A stretch of DNA of 49,203 nt from contig JBNKEN010000215.1 in NCBI GenBank assembly GCA_050288805.1, positions 1-49,203 of the forward strand, written 5' to 3'. The notes beneath the pieces are model-generated. The model had not been told where the DNA came from and searched no databases. It worked only from the letters and a program-made list of their open reading frames with translations. Of the stretch, positions 1 to 11,850 are shown one piece after another (within the stretch, counting starts at the first letter, position 1; every line of letters begins with the position of its first letter). This DNA is from Pseudoalteromonas sp. (GTDB lineage: Bacteria; Pseudomonadota; Gammaproteobacteria; Enterobacterales; Alteromonadaceae). Position numbers and translations under genes: made by a program.

Positions 1-62
1 AAGTTTTACTCGACTCAACCGACCCGGCGTTCGTTGCTATTCAGCGCCGTTCCCCGTCTCGG

Positions 63-120
63 TGGATGCGCATTATAGGGAGATTCAAATCCCGCGCAAC
101 CCTTTTTTTGAAGAAAAGTG
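63..120 (-). promoter_or_regulatory. rRNA operon P1-type sigma70 promoter firing out of the left edge
   Basis: Minus strand reads an A-tract (UP-like), TTGCGC (94-99), a 16-bp spacer ending CTCCC, TATAAT (72-77) and a GC-rich discriminator GCGCATCCA. This is the E. coli rrn P1 architecture, and yrdA is divergent from an rrn operon in E. coli. The rRNA genes themselves are outside the window. Confidence 0.8.
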
Positions 121-262
121 AGAAAAACAGATCGTTCGAACAAAAAGAAAACAAAGGGGATATTTAACCATCGATGGTTCACGTATTTTTAACCATTCTC
201 GCCTTGTTTTCTAATACGGGTTAGACTTTTACACCATGCATAAAATCCAATTCGGAGTATCA

Positions 263-808
263 ATGTCTATTCGCAGTTATAAAGGCACCTTCCCTTCCAT
301 TCCTGAGTCGACCTATGTCGATGAATCCGCCGTGTTGGTCGGTGACATCACTCTGGGAAAAGATTCCAGCGTTTGGCCGCTTGTCGCCGCTCGGGGTGAT
401 GTCAACTATATCAGGATAGGCGATCGCACCAACATTCAGGACGGCAGCGTATTACACCTGACCCGAGCAAGCACCTCGAATCCTGACGGCTACCCCCTAA
501 TTATCGGCGACGACGTAACGGTTGGTCACAAGGTCATGCTGCATGGCTGCCGCTTGGGCAACCGCATCTTAGTGGGAATGGGGGCCATCGTAATGGACAA
601 CGCTGTTGTGGAAGACGATGTGATCATCGGCGGCGGGGCCCTGGTACCGCCGAATAAAACGCTGGAGTCGGGATACCTTTATGTCGGCAGCCCCGTTAAG
701 CAGGCCAGGCCCTTAACCGAACACGAATTGGCGTTCCTTAAGGTTTCGGCTGACAACTATGTTCGGCTAAAGGATGAGTACCTGGAGGAAATCAAGGCAA
801 CAAGCTGA
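263..808 (+). CDS. yrdA: Gamma-carbonic anhydrase family hexapeptide-repeat protein
   Basis: Motifs RGDVN, NIQDGSVLH and TVGHKVMLHGC. Start set at ATG 263 after a GGAG SD. Confidence 0.92.
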   Translation: MSIRSYKGTFPSIPESTYVDESAVLVGDITLGKDSSVWPLVAARGDVNYIRIGDRTNIQDGSVLHLTRASTSNPDGYPLIIGDDVTVGHKVMLHGCRLGNRILVGMGAIVMDNAVVEDDVIIGGGALVPPNKTLESGYLYVGSPVKQARPLTEHELAFLKVSADNYVRLKDEYLEEIKATS

Positions 809-1031
809 TTTGTATCTCTCCGCGGCTGTTGTACGCTTCCTCTTCGATCAGGCGCTCAGCCGCGTCTTCATAGTCAAAGCGATGCTTCTCAAAATACGCT
901 TTCGCCTCCTGTTCATTCCTTTCTCCCGTCGCCAGGATGCAGGGAACCAGTAGCCCGTTTACCTGGGCATAAAAGGTAAGGACCCCTGTCTCATATTCCG
1001 TTCGGTCAATAAATTGGATAACCTGGTTCAT
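792..1031 (-). CDS. yrdB: YrdB / DUF1488 family protein
   Basis: 79 aa, MNQVIQF...[12 protein letters not shown]...RFDYEDAAE; lies between aroE and yrdA as in E. coli. Confidence 0.8.
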   Translation of the reverse strand: MNQVIQFIDRTEYETGVLTFYAQVNGLLVPCILATGERNEQEAKAYFEKHRFDYEDAAERLIEEEAYNSRGEIQISLLP

Positions 1032-1849
1032 TTCTTTTCCTTATTAAAGGTATCTAACGCATTTTGGATATCCGGCATTTTCCCTCGCCATAGGCTATAA
1101 GCATGGGCCGCCTGCGCAACCAACATACCGCGGCCGTCAAGCAAGGCACTATCGGGGTTGTGCTTATGGACCCAACTTAAAAAGCTGGTCGGCGTATCGC
1201 TGTAGAACATATCGTAGGCCAGTTCACATTTACCCAGATGAACCGCGTCTAATCCAGGTAGTTGACCCGCTACGCTGGCCGAGGTTGAGTTAATGACCAC
1301 GGCATAATCCTGCAGCGGCAGATCGTTCAAACCGTATCCGCTAATATTCCCCAACCCGGAAAATTGGCGGGCAAGCACTTTAGCTTTTTCTTCCGTCCGG
1401 TTCGCTATAACAAGCTCCTTGGGGTTCTGCTCCAAGAGAGGTTGAATAGCTCCACGTGCAGCCCCTCCGGCACCGATCATGAGGATACGTTTTCCCTGAA
1501 GAACCTGTCCGTGACGCAGGATATCACTGACCAGACCCACCCCGTCCGTGTTGTCGCCAAGCAATTGCCCGTCATCCAACCGCTTTATGGTGTTCACTGC
1601 TCCCGCCTGTTTTGCTCTTTCCGTCAATGAATCCACCAGCGCAAAGGCTTCTTCCTTGAAAGGCAAGGTTACGTTGGCCCCCTTGCCACCGGAAGAAAAA
1701 AATTCCTTCAGCGTTGCCGGAAACGTGTCCAGCGGTGATAAAATGGCCGTATATTCCAATTGTTCACCCAGTTGTTCGGCAAAGCGGCGATGGATCATGG
1801 GTGATCTTGAATGCTTTACCGGATTACCAAATACCGCGTATTTATCCAT
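1028..1849 (-). CDS. aroE: Shikimate dehydrogenase
   Basis: Motifs [33 protein letters not shown] and NRT. Confidence 0.97.
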   Translation of the reverse strand: MDKYAVFGNPVKHSRSPMIHRRFAEQLGEQLEYTAILSPLDTFPATLKEFFSSGGKGANVTLPFKEEAFALVDSLTERAKQAGAVNTIKRLDDGQLLGDNTDGVGLVSDILRHGQVLQGKRILMIGAGGAARGAIQPLLEQNPKELVIANRTEEKAKVLARQFSGLGNISGYGLNDLPLQDYAVVINSTSASVAGQLPGLDAVHLGKCELAYDMFYSDTPTSFLSWVHKHNPDSALLDGRGMLVAQAAHAYSLWRGKMPDIQNALDTFNKEKK

Positions 1850-1879
1850 TTAGTGGCACCAAAAGTTGAAATCCAGAGA

Positions 1880-2332
1880 ATGAAACAGTTAATTAAGCGC
1901 ATCTTTAACAAAGAGTCACCAAGCACTTCCGAGCAACAGGCCCCCAGCCCGGAAAAAACACCTTATGAAATTATCGGTGGCGAAGCAGGCGCTCGTGCAC
2001 TTGCAGATCGATTCTACGACATAATGGCCAGCGATGAATACGCCAAACCTTTATATGATATGCATCCTAAGCCATTGGACAGGATCCGCCAGGTGTTTTT
2101 TGAATTCCTGTCCGGCTGGCTCGGTGGACCCGACCTGTTTGCTGAGAAATACGGCCACCCTCGCCTGCGTCAGCGACATATGCCGTTTCCCGTAACCCGA
2201 GAGCTGCGCGACCAATGGATGTACTGCATGAACAAGGCGCTCGATATGGAAATCGACAACCCTCTGTTGCGCGAAGGCCTGCGTCAGTCGCTGTCGCAGC
2301 TGGCCACTCACATGATTAACCAAGATACCTAA
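1880..2332 (+). CDS. Group II truncated (2/2) haemoglobin, HbO-like
   Basis: YEIIGG, B9-B10 FY, CD1 His (DMHP), GWLGGP, HPRLRQRH (proximal His) and G8 Trp (DQW). Start set at ATG 1880 to avoid overlapping aroE. Confidence 0.92.
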   Translation: MKQLIKRIFNKESPSTSEQQAPSPEKTPYEIIGGEAGARALADRFYDIMASDEYAKPLYDMHPKPLDRIRQVFFEFLSGWLGGPDLFAEKYGHPRLRQRHMPFPVTRELRDQWMYCMNKALDMEIDNPLLREGLRQSLSQLATHMINQDT

Positions 2333-2423
2333 AAAAGAGACTTGTTCGTTTGTTGCTCCAAATCAAAATAGGGCAGGCAGACGCAAAGCTATAATCGTGT
2401 CCTTCAGGAGGGAATGATTAACT

Positions 2424-4031
2424 ATGCGTCTGCAATCTATTCAATACAAAATCTATGCGCTGCTCGCGGCAACCGGTATTCTGGTGCTCGGAGCAAGCCT
2501 TATCACCAACTCAAGGCAACAACAGCAGTTGGCCCACGAAACCGTCGAATCTAACATCCGCTTGCTGGCCGATAATTATTTCGACTCGGTCAATACCATG
2601 ATGCTGACGGGCACCATGGCAAACCGGGAAATTCTCAGCAATAAAATACGCAGCCAGGCCAATATCAAAGATGCCCATATAATCAGGGGTGAGCAGGTCA
2701 AAAAACTATACGGCCCGGGCAACACCAATGAACAAGCCACCACAGAAGCGGAAAAGCAAGCACTGAAAGGACAGGAAACCCTGTTCATCGAAGAAACAAA
2801 CGGAGAGAGAGTACTCACATACCTGAAACCTATGGTAGCGAAGGAAAATTATAAGGGTACGAATTGCCTCGGTTGTCACCAGGCACGGGAAGGTGACATT
2901 CTCGGCGCGGTTAAAATCAGTTATTCGCTTGCCGACATTGACGCTACCGTTACACGCAATACCTGGTTCAGTACGGCTCTGTTAAGCGCCATATTCTTAT
3001 TAACCTTCGTTTTTCTCGGCGTCCTGTTCCGCAAACTCTTCATTAAGCGCCTGAAGGTGCTTGGCCGCACCATGCGCATCGCCACGCAGAACAAAGACCT
3101 TAGCCTGACCATAAAAGACAGCACCAATGACGAGTTAGGCCGACTGGCCGTCAACTTCAACAAGATGATGGCCGCGTTCAAGGAAAACATTGCGCAGGTA
3201 TCCAAATCGTCTCACGTGTTGATTGCCTCGGCGGAGCAAATATATACCAGCGCAGAAACCACCGAACAGGCGATCATGCAGCAGAAGGCAGGCACCGACT
3301 CGGTAGCAGCGGCCATCAACGAGCTGGAGTCTTCGTCCTCGGAAGTGAAAAACACCACCCATTACGCTTCGGAAAAATCCGATGCCAGCAATCTGGTTGC
3401 AGAAAAGAGCATGGTGATTGCCGAGCAGACAGAACAAAGCATCAACCAGCTCGCCAATGATGTCCGTAACGCTGCGACGCAAGTGTCCCAGCTGCAGGCG
3501 CAAACACTGGAGGTCGGCAAGGTATTGGAAGTGATCAGCGCGATCGCCGAACAAACCAACCTGCTGGCGCTCAACGCCGCCATCGAGGCGGCGAGGGCCG
3601 GTGAGGCCGGACGTGGCTTCGCCGTCGTTGCAGACGAAGTCCGCACCCTGGCTACCCGAACTCATGATTCCACCGACGAGATAAAACGCACCATAGAAAA
3701 GCTGCAATCTGAAGCACAGCAGACGGTTGCGGCAATGAGTGCGTCCTGTGAAGAAGCCGACGACAGGGCCAGGCAGGTGCAACAGGTGGCGCATTCTCTG
3801 AAGGAGATTTCCAGCCAGATGCAGGAAATCAACCAGCTCAATGTTCAAATTGCCGATGCCACCGAGCAGCAAAACCTGGCGGCGGAGGAAATCAACCAAA
3901 GCGTGGTTGCCATTCGCGATAATGCAGAGCAGTCCCTGGTCGATGCCCATGCCAGTAAAGAAGTCAGCGAGCAGCTGCTCTCCCTCGCGAGGGAACTCGA
4001 CGAGCAGGTGCGAAGCTTTAAGCTGGAATAA
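2424..4031 (+). CDS. Methyl-accepting chemotaxis protein with periplasmic c-type heme (CXXCH) sensor domain
   Basis: Two TM segments, HAMP ([12 protein letters not shown]), signalling hairpin [34 protein letters not shown], and CLGCH encoded at 2865-2879. Confidence 0.93.
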   Translation: MRLQSIQYKIYALLAATGILVLGASLITNSRQQQQLAHETVESNIRLLADNYFDSVNTMMLTGTMANREILSNKIRSQANIKDAHIIRGEQVKKLYGPGNTNEQATTEAEKQALKGQETLFIEETNGERVLTYLKPMVAKENYKGTNCLGCHQAREGDILGAVKISYSLADIDATVTRNTWFSTALLSAIFLLTFVFLGVLFRKLFIKRLKVLGRTMRIATQNKDLSLTIKDSTNDELGRLAVNFNKMMAAFKENIAQVSKSSHVLIASAEQIYTSAETTEQAIMQQKAGTDSVAAAINELESSSSEVKNTTHYASEKSDASNLVAEKSMVIAEQTEQSINQLANDVRNAATQVSQLQAQTLEVGKVLEVISAIAEQTNLLALNAAIEAARAGEAGRGFAVVADEVRTLATRTHDSTDEIKRTIEKLQSEAQQTVAAMSASCEEADDRARQVQQVAHSLKEISSQMQEINQLNVQIADATEQQNLAAEEINQSVVAIRDNAEQSLVDAHASKEVSEQLLSLARELDEQVRSFKLE

Positions 4032-4056
4032 AAAATGCGCCTGAGAAGGCGCTTTT

Positions 4057-4058
<2 letters not shown>
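4031..4058. terminator. Bidirectional intrinsic terminator
   Basis: A-tract, GCGCCT-gaga-AGGCGC, T-tract, between the convergent MCP and hemF genes. Confidence 0.8.
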
Positions 4059-5537
<1,479 letters not shown>

Positions 5538-5554
5538 GACTGGACTCCATTTAA

Positions 5555-6130
5555 CTAGTTTTCTTGGCGCAGTTTATGGCCACAGGACTTTTGCGGGCAT
5601 TGTAGCACAGTGCCGCTGGCAAGTTTCTTTTCTACCATAACGGACCAACCACAAACAGGACAAGGATGTTCAACGGGCTGATGGTTCAAAATATATTTGC
5701 AATCCGGGTAGCGATCGCAGGAAAAAAAGGTTTTGCCATATTTATTGCTGCGGGTCTTTAGCTTCCCCCTATGGCACTGCGGACAAGCGGGCTCCGATTG
5801 AGGGTTCGTCGTCTTACTCTCTTCGTGCGCAATATAGTGGCACTGCGGGTACCCGGTGCAACCGATAAACATACCGTAACGACCATTTTTCACCGCAAGC
5901 GGGCTGCCGCATTCCGGACAGGGAGAGTCTTCCAGCACCTTCAAAAGCTGGCTGTCATGCTCCACCAGCGGGCGGATATAATCACAAGACGGATAACTGG
6001 CACAACCTAAGAATGGCCCGGCCTTACTGTTACGCATCACCAGTTCCGAACCACACTTGGGACATACCTCGTACTCTTTTTCCAACGCATGACGCGAGGC
6101 AGAAAACAGCGAGTGGTCTATTTTGCTCAT
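5555..6130 (-). CDS. yrdD: Topoisomerase I C4 zinc-ribbon repeat protein
   Basis: Repeated CPxCG...F(L/I)GCxxYPxC units; between smg and tsaC. Confidence 0.88.
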   Translation of the reverse strand: MSKIDHSLFSASRHALEKEYEVCPKCGSELVMRNSKAGPFLGCASYPSCDYIRPLVEHDSQLLKVLEDSPCPECGSPLAVKNGRYGMFIGCTGYPQCHYIAHEESKTTNPQSEPACPQCHRGKLKTRSNKYGKTFFSCDRYPDCKYILNHQPVEHPCPVCGWSVMVEKKLASGTVLQCPQKSCGHKLRQEN

Positions 6131-6163
6131 GAAGGTTTGATCCGGCGGTTGAATTTTGCGCCC

Positions 6164-6191
6164 AATATAATCAAGTAACCGCCGGGGTCAA
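6164..6191 (-). promoter_or_regulatory. Putative internal sigma70 promoter for yrdD-tsaC-hemF
   Basis: Minus strand TTGACC-16 bp-TATATT, with the -10 about 35 bp upstream of the yrdD start. Confidence 0.55.
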
Positions 6192-6214
6192 GGGGATCCC
6201 GTGAAAAATAGGGG

Positions 6215-6688
6215 TTAATGTAATAACCCCGTCGGCTCGTCGAAAATAAGGTCTTCCATTTGGGCATACGCCTGCTCTTTACCTGGCACATTAAAGAGTA
6301 CCATCAGTACAACCCATTTCAGATCATCCAAAATCAGGAAGGGCTTGTCCAAGGCAAATACCCTGTCGATGACCATTTCACGCGTTTCATTATCGATGAC
6401 ACCGATTTGCTCGAGGAACATCAGGAACCCGCGACATTCGGTATCCAGACGCTGGCATTCACTTTCCGAAAACACGCGTACGGCGCGATCGGGTTTGGCA
6501 TTAAGGTAAGGAAATTCGTCGCTGTGTTGGAGGTCGGCCAATTGCTCAAGCCAGTCCAACGCCTTGTATATTTCGGCGCTGTTGAAGCCGGCACGTAATA
6601 GTTCATCGGTTAACTCATTCTGCTCAACAAAGATTTCTGTTTCGCTGTGAATATAGTTCTCAAATAAATACATGAGGATATCAAACAT
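6215..6688 (-). CDS. smg: Smg / DUF494 family protein
   Basis: [12 protein letters not shown]...[11 protein letters not shown]; start at 6688. Confidence 0.93.
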   Translation of the reverse strand: MFDILMYLFENYIHSETEIFVEQNELTDELLRAGFNSAEIYKALDWLEQLADLQHSDEFPYLNAKPDRAVRVFSESECQRLDTECRGFLMFLEQIGVIDNETREMVIDRVFALDKPFLILDDLKWVVLMVLFNVPGKEQAYAQMEDLIFDEPTGLLH

Positions 6689-6689
6689 C

Positions 6690-7781
6690 TTAACGTCTCC
6701 CCTGTCTGATGTAGCCGGCAAACACATGTTCGACTTTGTTTTCCAGCTCCAGATCTAATAAATGTGCCAGTAACTTTTCTATCGGCCAACCGGTGCGTAC
6801 CATTAAGATTTCTACCGATGTCGCCTCATAGCCTAAGTGTTGCAACACTGGGTCGCTATCGTCCTCCGAAACACCTCCCTCTTTACTATATAGACCGTTT
6901 TTTGGGAAAAAGCTCACTTCATCATAAATATCTTTCACCGTCTCGACCAGCTTTGCACCTTCCTTTATAAGGTAGTGACAGCCCTGAGACAAGGGATTGA
7001 ATACGGAACCGGGAACGGCAAACACCTCCCGGTTTTGTTCCAATGCATATTTGGCGGTGATCAACGAACCGCTTTTCATTTCTGCTTCAACCACCAGTAC
7101 CCCGAGAGAAAGCCCGGCAATTATACGATTACGGCGTGGAAAATGAGCCGCCTTGGGTTCAACTCCCGGAGCAAACTCGCTAACCAGCAAACCGTTTTCT
7201 GCAATTTGTGCCGCAAGCACCCCATGGCGCTTGGGATAAACAATATCCACCCCACAACCCAGCACCGCGATTGTTGCGCCGTCGGCAGACAGCGCTCCCT
7301 TATGCGATGCACCGTCTATCCCAGCTGCCATACCTGATGTGATAACCAGACCGTCGCTCGCCATACGGTGACAAAGAGATGCGGCAATTTCGCATCCGCC
7401 GGGTGTTGCACCGCGACTGCCCACCACGGCCATCTGCGCGGCAGACAACAGATCGACATCTCCTCGGCAAAACAACACCAAAGGAGGTGACGAAATCTCT
7501 TTCAGCAAGGAAGGATAACGGGTGTCACTATAACCAAGCGCACAAATCCCGGCTTTTTCCATGTCGGCCAGGCAGGCGTCGACTCGTCGCCAATCGATAT
7601 TTGCAAGTTCCGCAGCCAGTGCCTCACAACACCCCAGCTTTATCAGCGCGTCTTGGGTCAAGCTGACAAGTTCAGGCAAGGGAACGCGCTGCCCCAATTG
7701 TCGAATGATGCGCAGCCCCAATCCCTTACAAAAAGAAAAAGCGAGCCACAACCTGAGCTCGCTTTCTGTATTCTCTTGCAT
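6690..7781 (-). CDS. dprA: DNA-processing protein DprA (Smf)
   Basis: Motifs [35 protein letters not shown] and REVFAVPG. Confidence 0.96.
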   Translation of the reverse strand: MQENTESELRLWLAFSFCKGLGLRIIRQLGQRVPLPELVSLTQDALIKLGCCEALAAELANIDWRRVDACLADMEKAGICALGYSDTRYPSLLKEISSPPLVLFCRGDVDLLSAAQMAVVGSRGATPGGCEIAASLCHRMASDGLVITSGMAAGIDGASHKGALSADGATIAVLGCGVDIVYPKRHGVLAAQIAENGLLVSEFAPGVEPKAAHFPRRNRIIAGLSLGVLVVEAEMKSGSLITAKYALEQNREVFAVPGSVFNPLSQGCHYLIKEGAKLVETVKDIYDEVSFFPKNGLYSKEGGVSEDDSDPVLQHLGYEATSVEILMVRTGWPIEKLLAHLLDLELENKVEHVFAGYIRQGRR

Positions 7782-7807
7782 GCTCCCTCCCTAGAGCATT
7801 CGGGACC

Positions 7808-8926
7808 CTATTGTGGATTGCGAACGGAATCCCCTACCCGAGCAGGTTTGTTGCTCTTGGTGATCAGGGCAAAGCTCAGATTGTCCTGCACCTTAAACAC
7901 CATTAGTCGACCGATAGGTTCTTTCGGCATGTTCCAAGTTAAACGCTCCGATGCATCCTCATCGCCGTCGCTAAAACTCGACATCAGCTTTTCCAAGTGG
8001 TTAGCATCTTCCTTGTATTTAGGACCATCTTTGGCGTCGATCACCGTTGGCGACTGCCGCGCAATTTCCAGCATGTCACCGGCCTTAATATTATCTTCTT
8101 TACCGACATTGAGAATTACGACGTCTAAGGAGCCAAATTCTCGCAGCTGATTCGAAGAAGCTATGATACTGCCGTTGATGCTTTCCTGTGGTTGCGAAAT
8201 ATTGAAAAACGCAGGTAATGCCTGACCTTCGGTAATAGGCATCAGAAAGTCCCCGGCCTTAATTTCCCGTTTAACGTTTTCAACCATCACAGAGGCGGGC
8301 TCGCCGTCGCTGACGGTGCCACTACGAAATGCCCTCGCCACTCCAACCAACTTGACCTCATAGGCCAAGGTTTCCTGAGTCTCTGGATCAACGTAAGGTA
8401 TGCCTTTGTGGTAAATCCCATAAACGCGGTTTCGTTCGAGGTTGCCCTTGATATAAAGAATATGCCCGATGGTTTGATTCTTAACGTTTTCATCGGCCCC
8501 CAACACGTAGGGTTGCTGATCGATCAAGGCGCCGTCCAAAGCCTGTTCAAAGGTCAAAAATGGCTTAATCGCTTCCAACGGCAGAGTCGGAACGGCTACC
8601 CCGTCCTTCATTGTTTTACGACCATAGGGAGAAAGCTTTTTATGGCGCTTATCCAACACCAACATGGGCTCCCCCTGCTCGTTGTAAATTAGAGAAAGCG
8701 TATCCCCCGGGTAAATAAGGTGAGGATTGTCAACTTGCGGGTTCATTTGCCATAAACGCGGCCATAGCCAGGGCTTATCGAGATAAATGCCTGAAATATC
8801 CCAAAGGGTGTCGCCTTTCTTGACAACATATTGTTTCGGAGCATCTTTTTTAACACTCAGTACATCGGCAATCGCGGGAAACGCCAACGCCAATGCAATC
8901 ACGGCCGCGGATACTTTTCTTAACAT
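7808..8926 (-). CDS. Secreted LysM peptidoglycan-binding protein, TsaP-like (type IV pilus secretin-associated)
   Basis: Signal peptide and LysM domain YVVKKGDTLWDIS...NPHLIYPG. Position between def and dprA matches Pseudomonas tsaP. Confidence 0.85.
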   Translation of the reverse strand: MLRKVSAAVIALALAFPAIADVLSVKKDAPKQYVVKKGDTLWDISGIYLDKPWLWPRLWQMNPQVDNPHLIYPGDTLSLIYNEQGEPMLVLDKRHKKLSPYGRKTMKDGVAVPTLPLEAIKPFLTFEQALDGALIDQQPYVLGADENVKNQTIGHILYIKGNLERNRVYGIYHKGIPYVDPETQETLAYEVKLVGVARAFRSGTVSDGEPASVMVENVKREIKAGDFLMPITEGQALPAFFNISQPQESINGSIIASSNQLREFGSLDVVILNVGKEDNIKAGDMLEIARQSPTVIDAKDGPKYKEDANHLEKLMSSFSDGDEDASERLTWNMPKEPIGRLMVFKVQDNLSFALITKSNKPARVGDSVRNPQ

Positions 8927-9049
8927 GTAACCTTTCCTTGAGCGGATTTTTATTATTCTCAGCCAAAGCCTGTTAAAGGCGAACGCAAATGGCTAAAATA
9001 AAAACATAACACAATACCCTTTATTTAGCACAAATTTGACAAGGCAACT

Positions 9050-9562
9050 ATGGCAAGGTTAGAAGTTTTAAGATTTCCAGACGAACGTCTGAGGACGATC
9101 GCACAACCTGTTACTCTCGTCGACGAAAGCATTCGTACTATTGTCCGGGATATGTTGGAAACCATGTACGACGAAAACGGCATCGGTTTGGCGGCAACCC
9201 AGGTGAACATTCATCAGCGCATTGTGGTCATCGATGTATCCGAAGAACGCGATCAACCGCTGGTCCTGATCAACCCGGAAATCACAGCCAAAGACGGCAG
9301 CACTATCAGCGAAGAAGGCTGCCTTTCGGTTCCCCACTCTTATGCCAAGGTGGATCGTGCTGAAACAGTGACTGTGAAGGCACTAAATGAACATGGGGAG
9401 GAATTCTCTCTGGATGCGGAAGGTCTGCTGGCCATTTGTATCCAACATGAGCTGGATCATCTGAAAGGCACCCTGTTTATAGACTATTTATCGCCCCTGA
9501 AACGCCAGCGCATTCGAACCAAACTGGAAAAAGAAGCGAAACTTGCCGCCAAGGCAAACTGA
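9050..9562 (+). CDS. def: Peptide deformylase
   Basis: Motifs [13 protein letters not shown] and QHELDHL. Confidence 0.98.
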   Translation: MARLEVLRFPDERLRTIAQPVTLVDESIRTIVRDMLETMYDENGIGLAATQVNIHQRIVVIDVSEERDQPLVLINPEITAKDGSTISEEGCLSVPHSYAKVDRAETVTVKALNEHGEEFSLDAEGLLAICIQHELDHLKGTLFIDYLSPLKRQRIRTKLEKEAKLAAKAN

Positions 9563-9585
9563 TAATCTGCCAACTGGAAACCATA

Positions 9586-10533
9586 GTGACCCAATCTCTA
9601 CGTATCGTATTTGCCGGCACCCCGGATTTTGCCGCCCGCCACCTGCAAGCTCTGATCGACTCTGAACATCAGGTCGTTGCCGTATACAGCCAGCCGGATC
9701 GCCCGGCCGGACGCGGCAAAAAACTTAAGGCCAGTGAAGTTAAGCAGCTGGCACTGGCCCATGACATCCCGGTTCTGCAACCTGAGTCGCTGAAAAGCGA
9801 CGAAGAGCAACAAACCCTGGCGCAATTGAACGCCGATATCATGGTGGTGGTTGCCTATGGCCTTTTGTTGCCTAAAGCCATATTGGAGACTCCACGTCTG
9901 GGCTGCCTTAACGTCCACGGTTCCATATTGCCACGCTGGCGCGGCGCGGCGCCTATCCAACGCGCCATCTGGGCAGGCGACAAAGAATCAGGCGTCACTA
10001 TTATGCAGATGGACGTAGGCTTAGATACCGGGGATATGTTAACGATCGCCCGTTGTCCCATCGCGAATGACGAAACCAGTGCCTCTCTCTACGACAAGCT
10101 GGCAGAGCTGGGACCCCAGGCACTCTTGGAAACCTTAGCCGAATTGGAAAACATTCAGGCTGAGCCTCAAGACGATGGCCAGGCCAATTACGCGAAAAAG
10201 CTCAGCAAGGAAGAAGCCGAAATCGACTGGCATATGGATGCTGCACAGATTGAGCGCAATATTCGCGCCTTCAACCCCTGGCCGGTTTGTTATACAGAAA
10301 TGGCCGGTAACCAGGTCAAGATTTGGCAGGCCGAAGTAGTAAGCCTAACTGGCCAACCGGGCACAGTGTTAGATGCGGATAAAACCGGTATTACGGTCGC
10401 CACGGGCGAAGGGGCGCTACGTATCACCCAGCTCCAGCCACAGGGTAAAAAGCCCATGTCGGCGCAAGACTTTTTGAACGGACGTGCCGATTGGGTAACA
10501 CCGGGTAGCACATTAGGCCGGATTAATGACTAA
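9586..10533 (+). CDS. fmt: Methionyl-tRNA formyltransferase
   Basis: Motifs [25 protein letters not shown] and GLDTGDM. Confidence 0.98.
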   Translation: MTQSLRIVFAGTPDFAARHLQALIDSEHQVVAVYSQPDRPAGRGKKLKASEVKQLALAHDIPVLQPESLKSDEEQQTLAQLNADIMVVVAYGLLLPKAILETPRLGCLNVHGSILPRWRGAAPIQRAIWAGDKESGVTIMQMDVGLDTGDMLTIARCPIANDETSASLYDKLAELGPQALLETLAELENIQAEPQDDGQANYAKKLSKEEAEIDWHMDAAQIERNIRAFNPWPVCYTEMAGNQVKIWQAEVVSLTGQPGTVLDADKTGITVATGEGALRITQLQPQGKKPMSAQDFLNGRADWVTPGSTLGRIND

Positions 10534-11806
10534 TGTTCGCGCCCTTGCGGCGCAAACCCTGTTTTTGGTGGTTGATAAGGGACAATCTCTAAGCCAGTTG
10601 ATACCGACCAAAACTGCGCCGCTTACCCCGCAAGATAAAGCGCTTTTCCAGCAAATCTGCTACGGCGTACTCAGGTATCTGCCAAGCCTTGAGCATTATT
10701 GCCAAACACTGCTGGATCAGCCGCTCAAGGGTAAAAACCGGGTGTTTCAGTTCCTGCTCTATGTCGGCATCTACCAGCTGCAGCATATGCGCACCCCGGA
10801 ACACGCCGCCGTCGCCGAAACGGTCAATGCCTTGAAGCCGATGAAAGCCCCCGGTTTAAAGGGCCTGGTCAATGCGATTTTGCGTAATTTTCTGCGCCAA
10901 AGAGCAGAGCTGGAACGAGCCGCGGATGAGATCCCCGCATGTCGCTACAATCATCCGGGCTGGTTCATAAAAAAATTGCAGCATGCCTATCCGCAAACCT
11001 GGCAGGATATTCTCTCGGCAAATCAGCAACAGGCGCCGATGTGGTTGCGGGTCAACCGCCGTCGCCACGGCCGCGACGAATACAGCTCGCTGCTTGAACA
11101 GGCTGGCATCGGGCACTCCCTCAACCCGGCTTTCCGTGACGGCATCAAGTTGGACAAACCCTGCGACGTCAACACCCTGCCCGGCTTCAAGGATGGCACC
11201 TGCTCGGTACAGGATGCAGCAGCCCAACTGGCCGGGGCCTTGCTGGAGGCGCAAAACGGTGAACGCATTTTAGACGCCTGCGCCGCCCCGGGAGGAAAAA
11301 CCTGCCACATTCTGGAGACCGCCGCTGTCGAAATGACGGCCCTGGATGCCGACGAAACCCGATTACAGCGAGTACAACAAAACCTCGACCGCCTCGGCTT
11401 CAACGCGCACCTGCTTTGCGCCGATGCCAGCAGCAATGCCTGGTTCGACGGAAATGCCTTCGATCGCATTCTGCTCGACGTGCCCTGTTCGGCAACCGGC
11501 GTGATCCGCCGCCACCCGGACATCAAATGGCTGCGAAGAGCATCCGACATCGATGAACTGGTGAAACTCCAAAGCGCTATTCTAGACAACATCTGGCCCA
11601 TGCTTAAGCCCGGAGGCACCCTAGTGTATGCAACCTGCTCCGTGCTGCCGGATGAAAACGCGCAACAGATCGCTGCGTTCCTTGCCCGGCATTCCGATGC
11701 TGTGCATCAACCGCTGAACGAGCATGACACACCGGATAACCCGGGCTGGCAATTTTTGCCTGGCGAAAGCGACGGCTTTTATTACGCTAAACTGATGAAA
11801 AGATAG
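10526..11806 (+). CDS. rsmB: 16S rRNA m5C967 methyltransferase
   Basis: NusB-like N-terminus plus [15 protein letters not shown] and YATCS motifs. Confidence 0.97.
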   Translation: MTNVRALAAQTLFLVVDKGQSLSQLIPTKTAPLTPQDKALFQQICYGVLRYLPSLEHYCQTLLDQPLKGKNRVFQFLLYVGIYQLQHMRTPEHAAVAETVNALKPMKAPGLKGLVNAILRNFLRQRAELERAADEIPACRYNHPGWFIKKLQHAYPQTWQDILSANQQQAPMWLRVNRRRHGRDEYSSLLEQAGIGHSLNPAFRDGIKLDKPCDVNTLPGFKDGTCSVQDAAAQLAGALLEAQNGERILDACAAPGGKTCHILETAAVEMTALDADETRLQRVQQNLDRLGFNAHLLCADASSNAWFDGNAFDRILLDVPCSATGVIRRHPDIKWLRRASDIDELVKLQSAILDNIWPMLKPGGTLVYATCSVLPDENAQQIAAFLARHSDAVHQPLNEHDTPDNPGWQFLPGESDGFYYAKLMKR

Positions 11807-11850
11807 TTAGCGCAACGAAGAACAAAAATAACGGATAACGTGGGATCCCA

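Noticed and set aside
1-62. Possible rRNA or tRNA gene at the left edge
   Set aside because: Only leader-like sequence downstream of P1 is present; no 16S or tRNA structure is visible.
3135-3950. 271-aa antisense ORF in the MCP, and similar long antisense ORFs in glyS, fadB, yidC, pepQ and mnmE
   Set aside because: Shadow ORFs of codon-biased genes with no recognisable motifs.
8927-9049. CRP-S/competence regulatory site upstream of the LysM-dprA genes
   Set aside because: Only a weak half-match (TTTGCG on the minus strand); not supportable.
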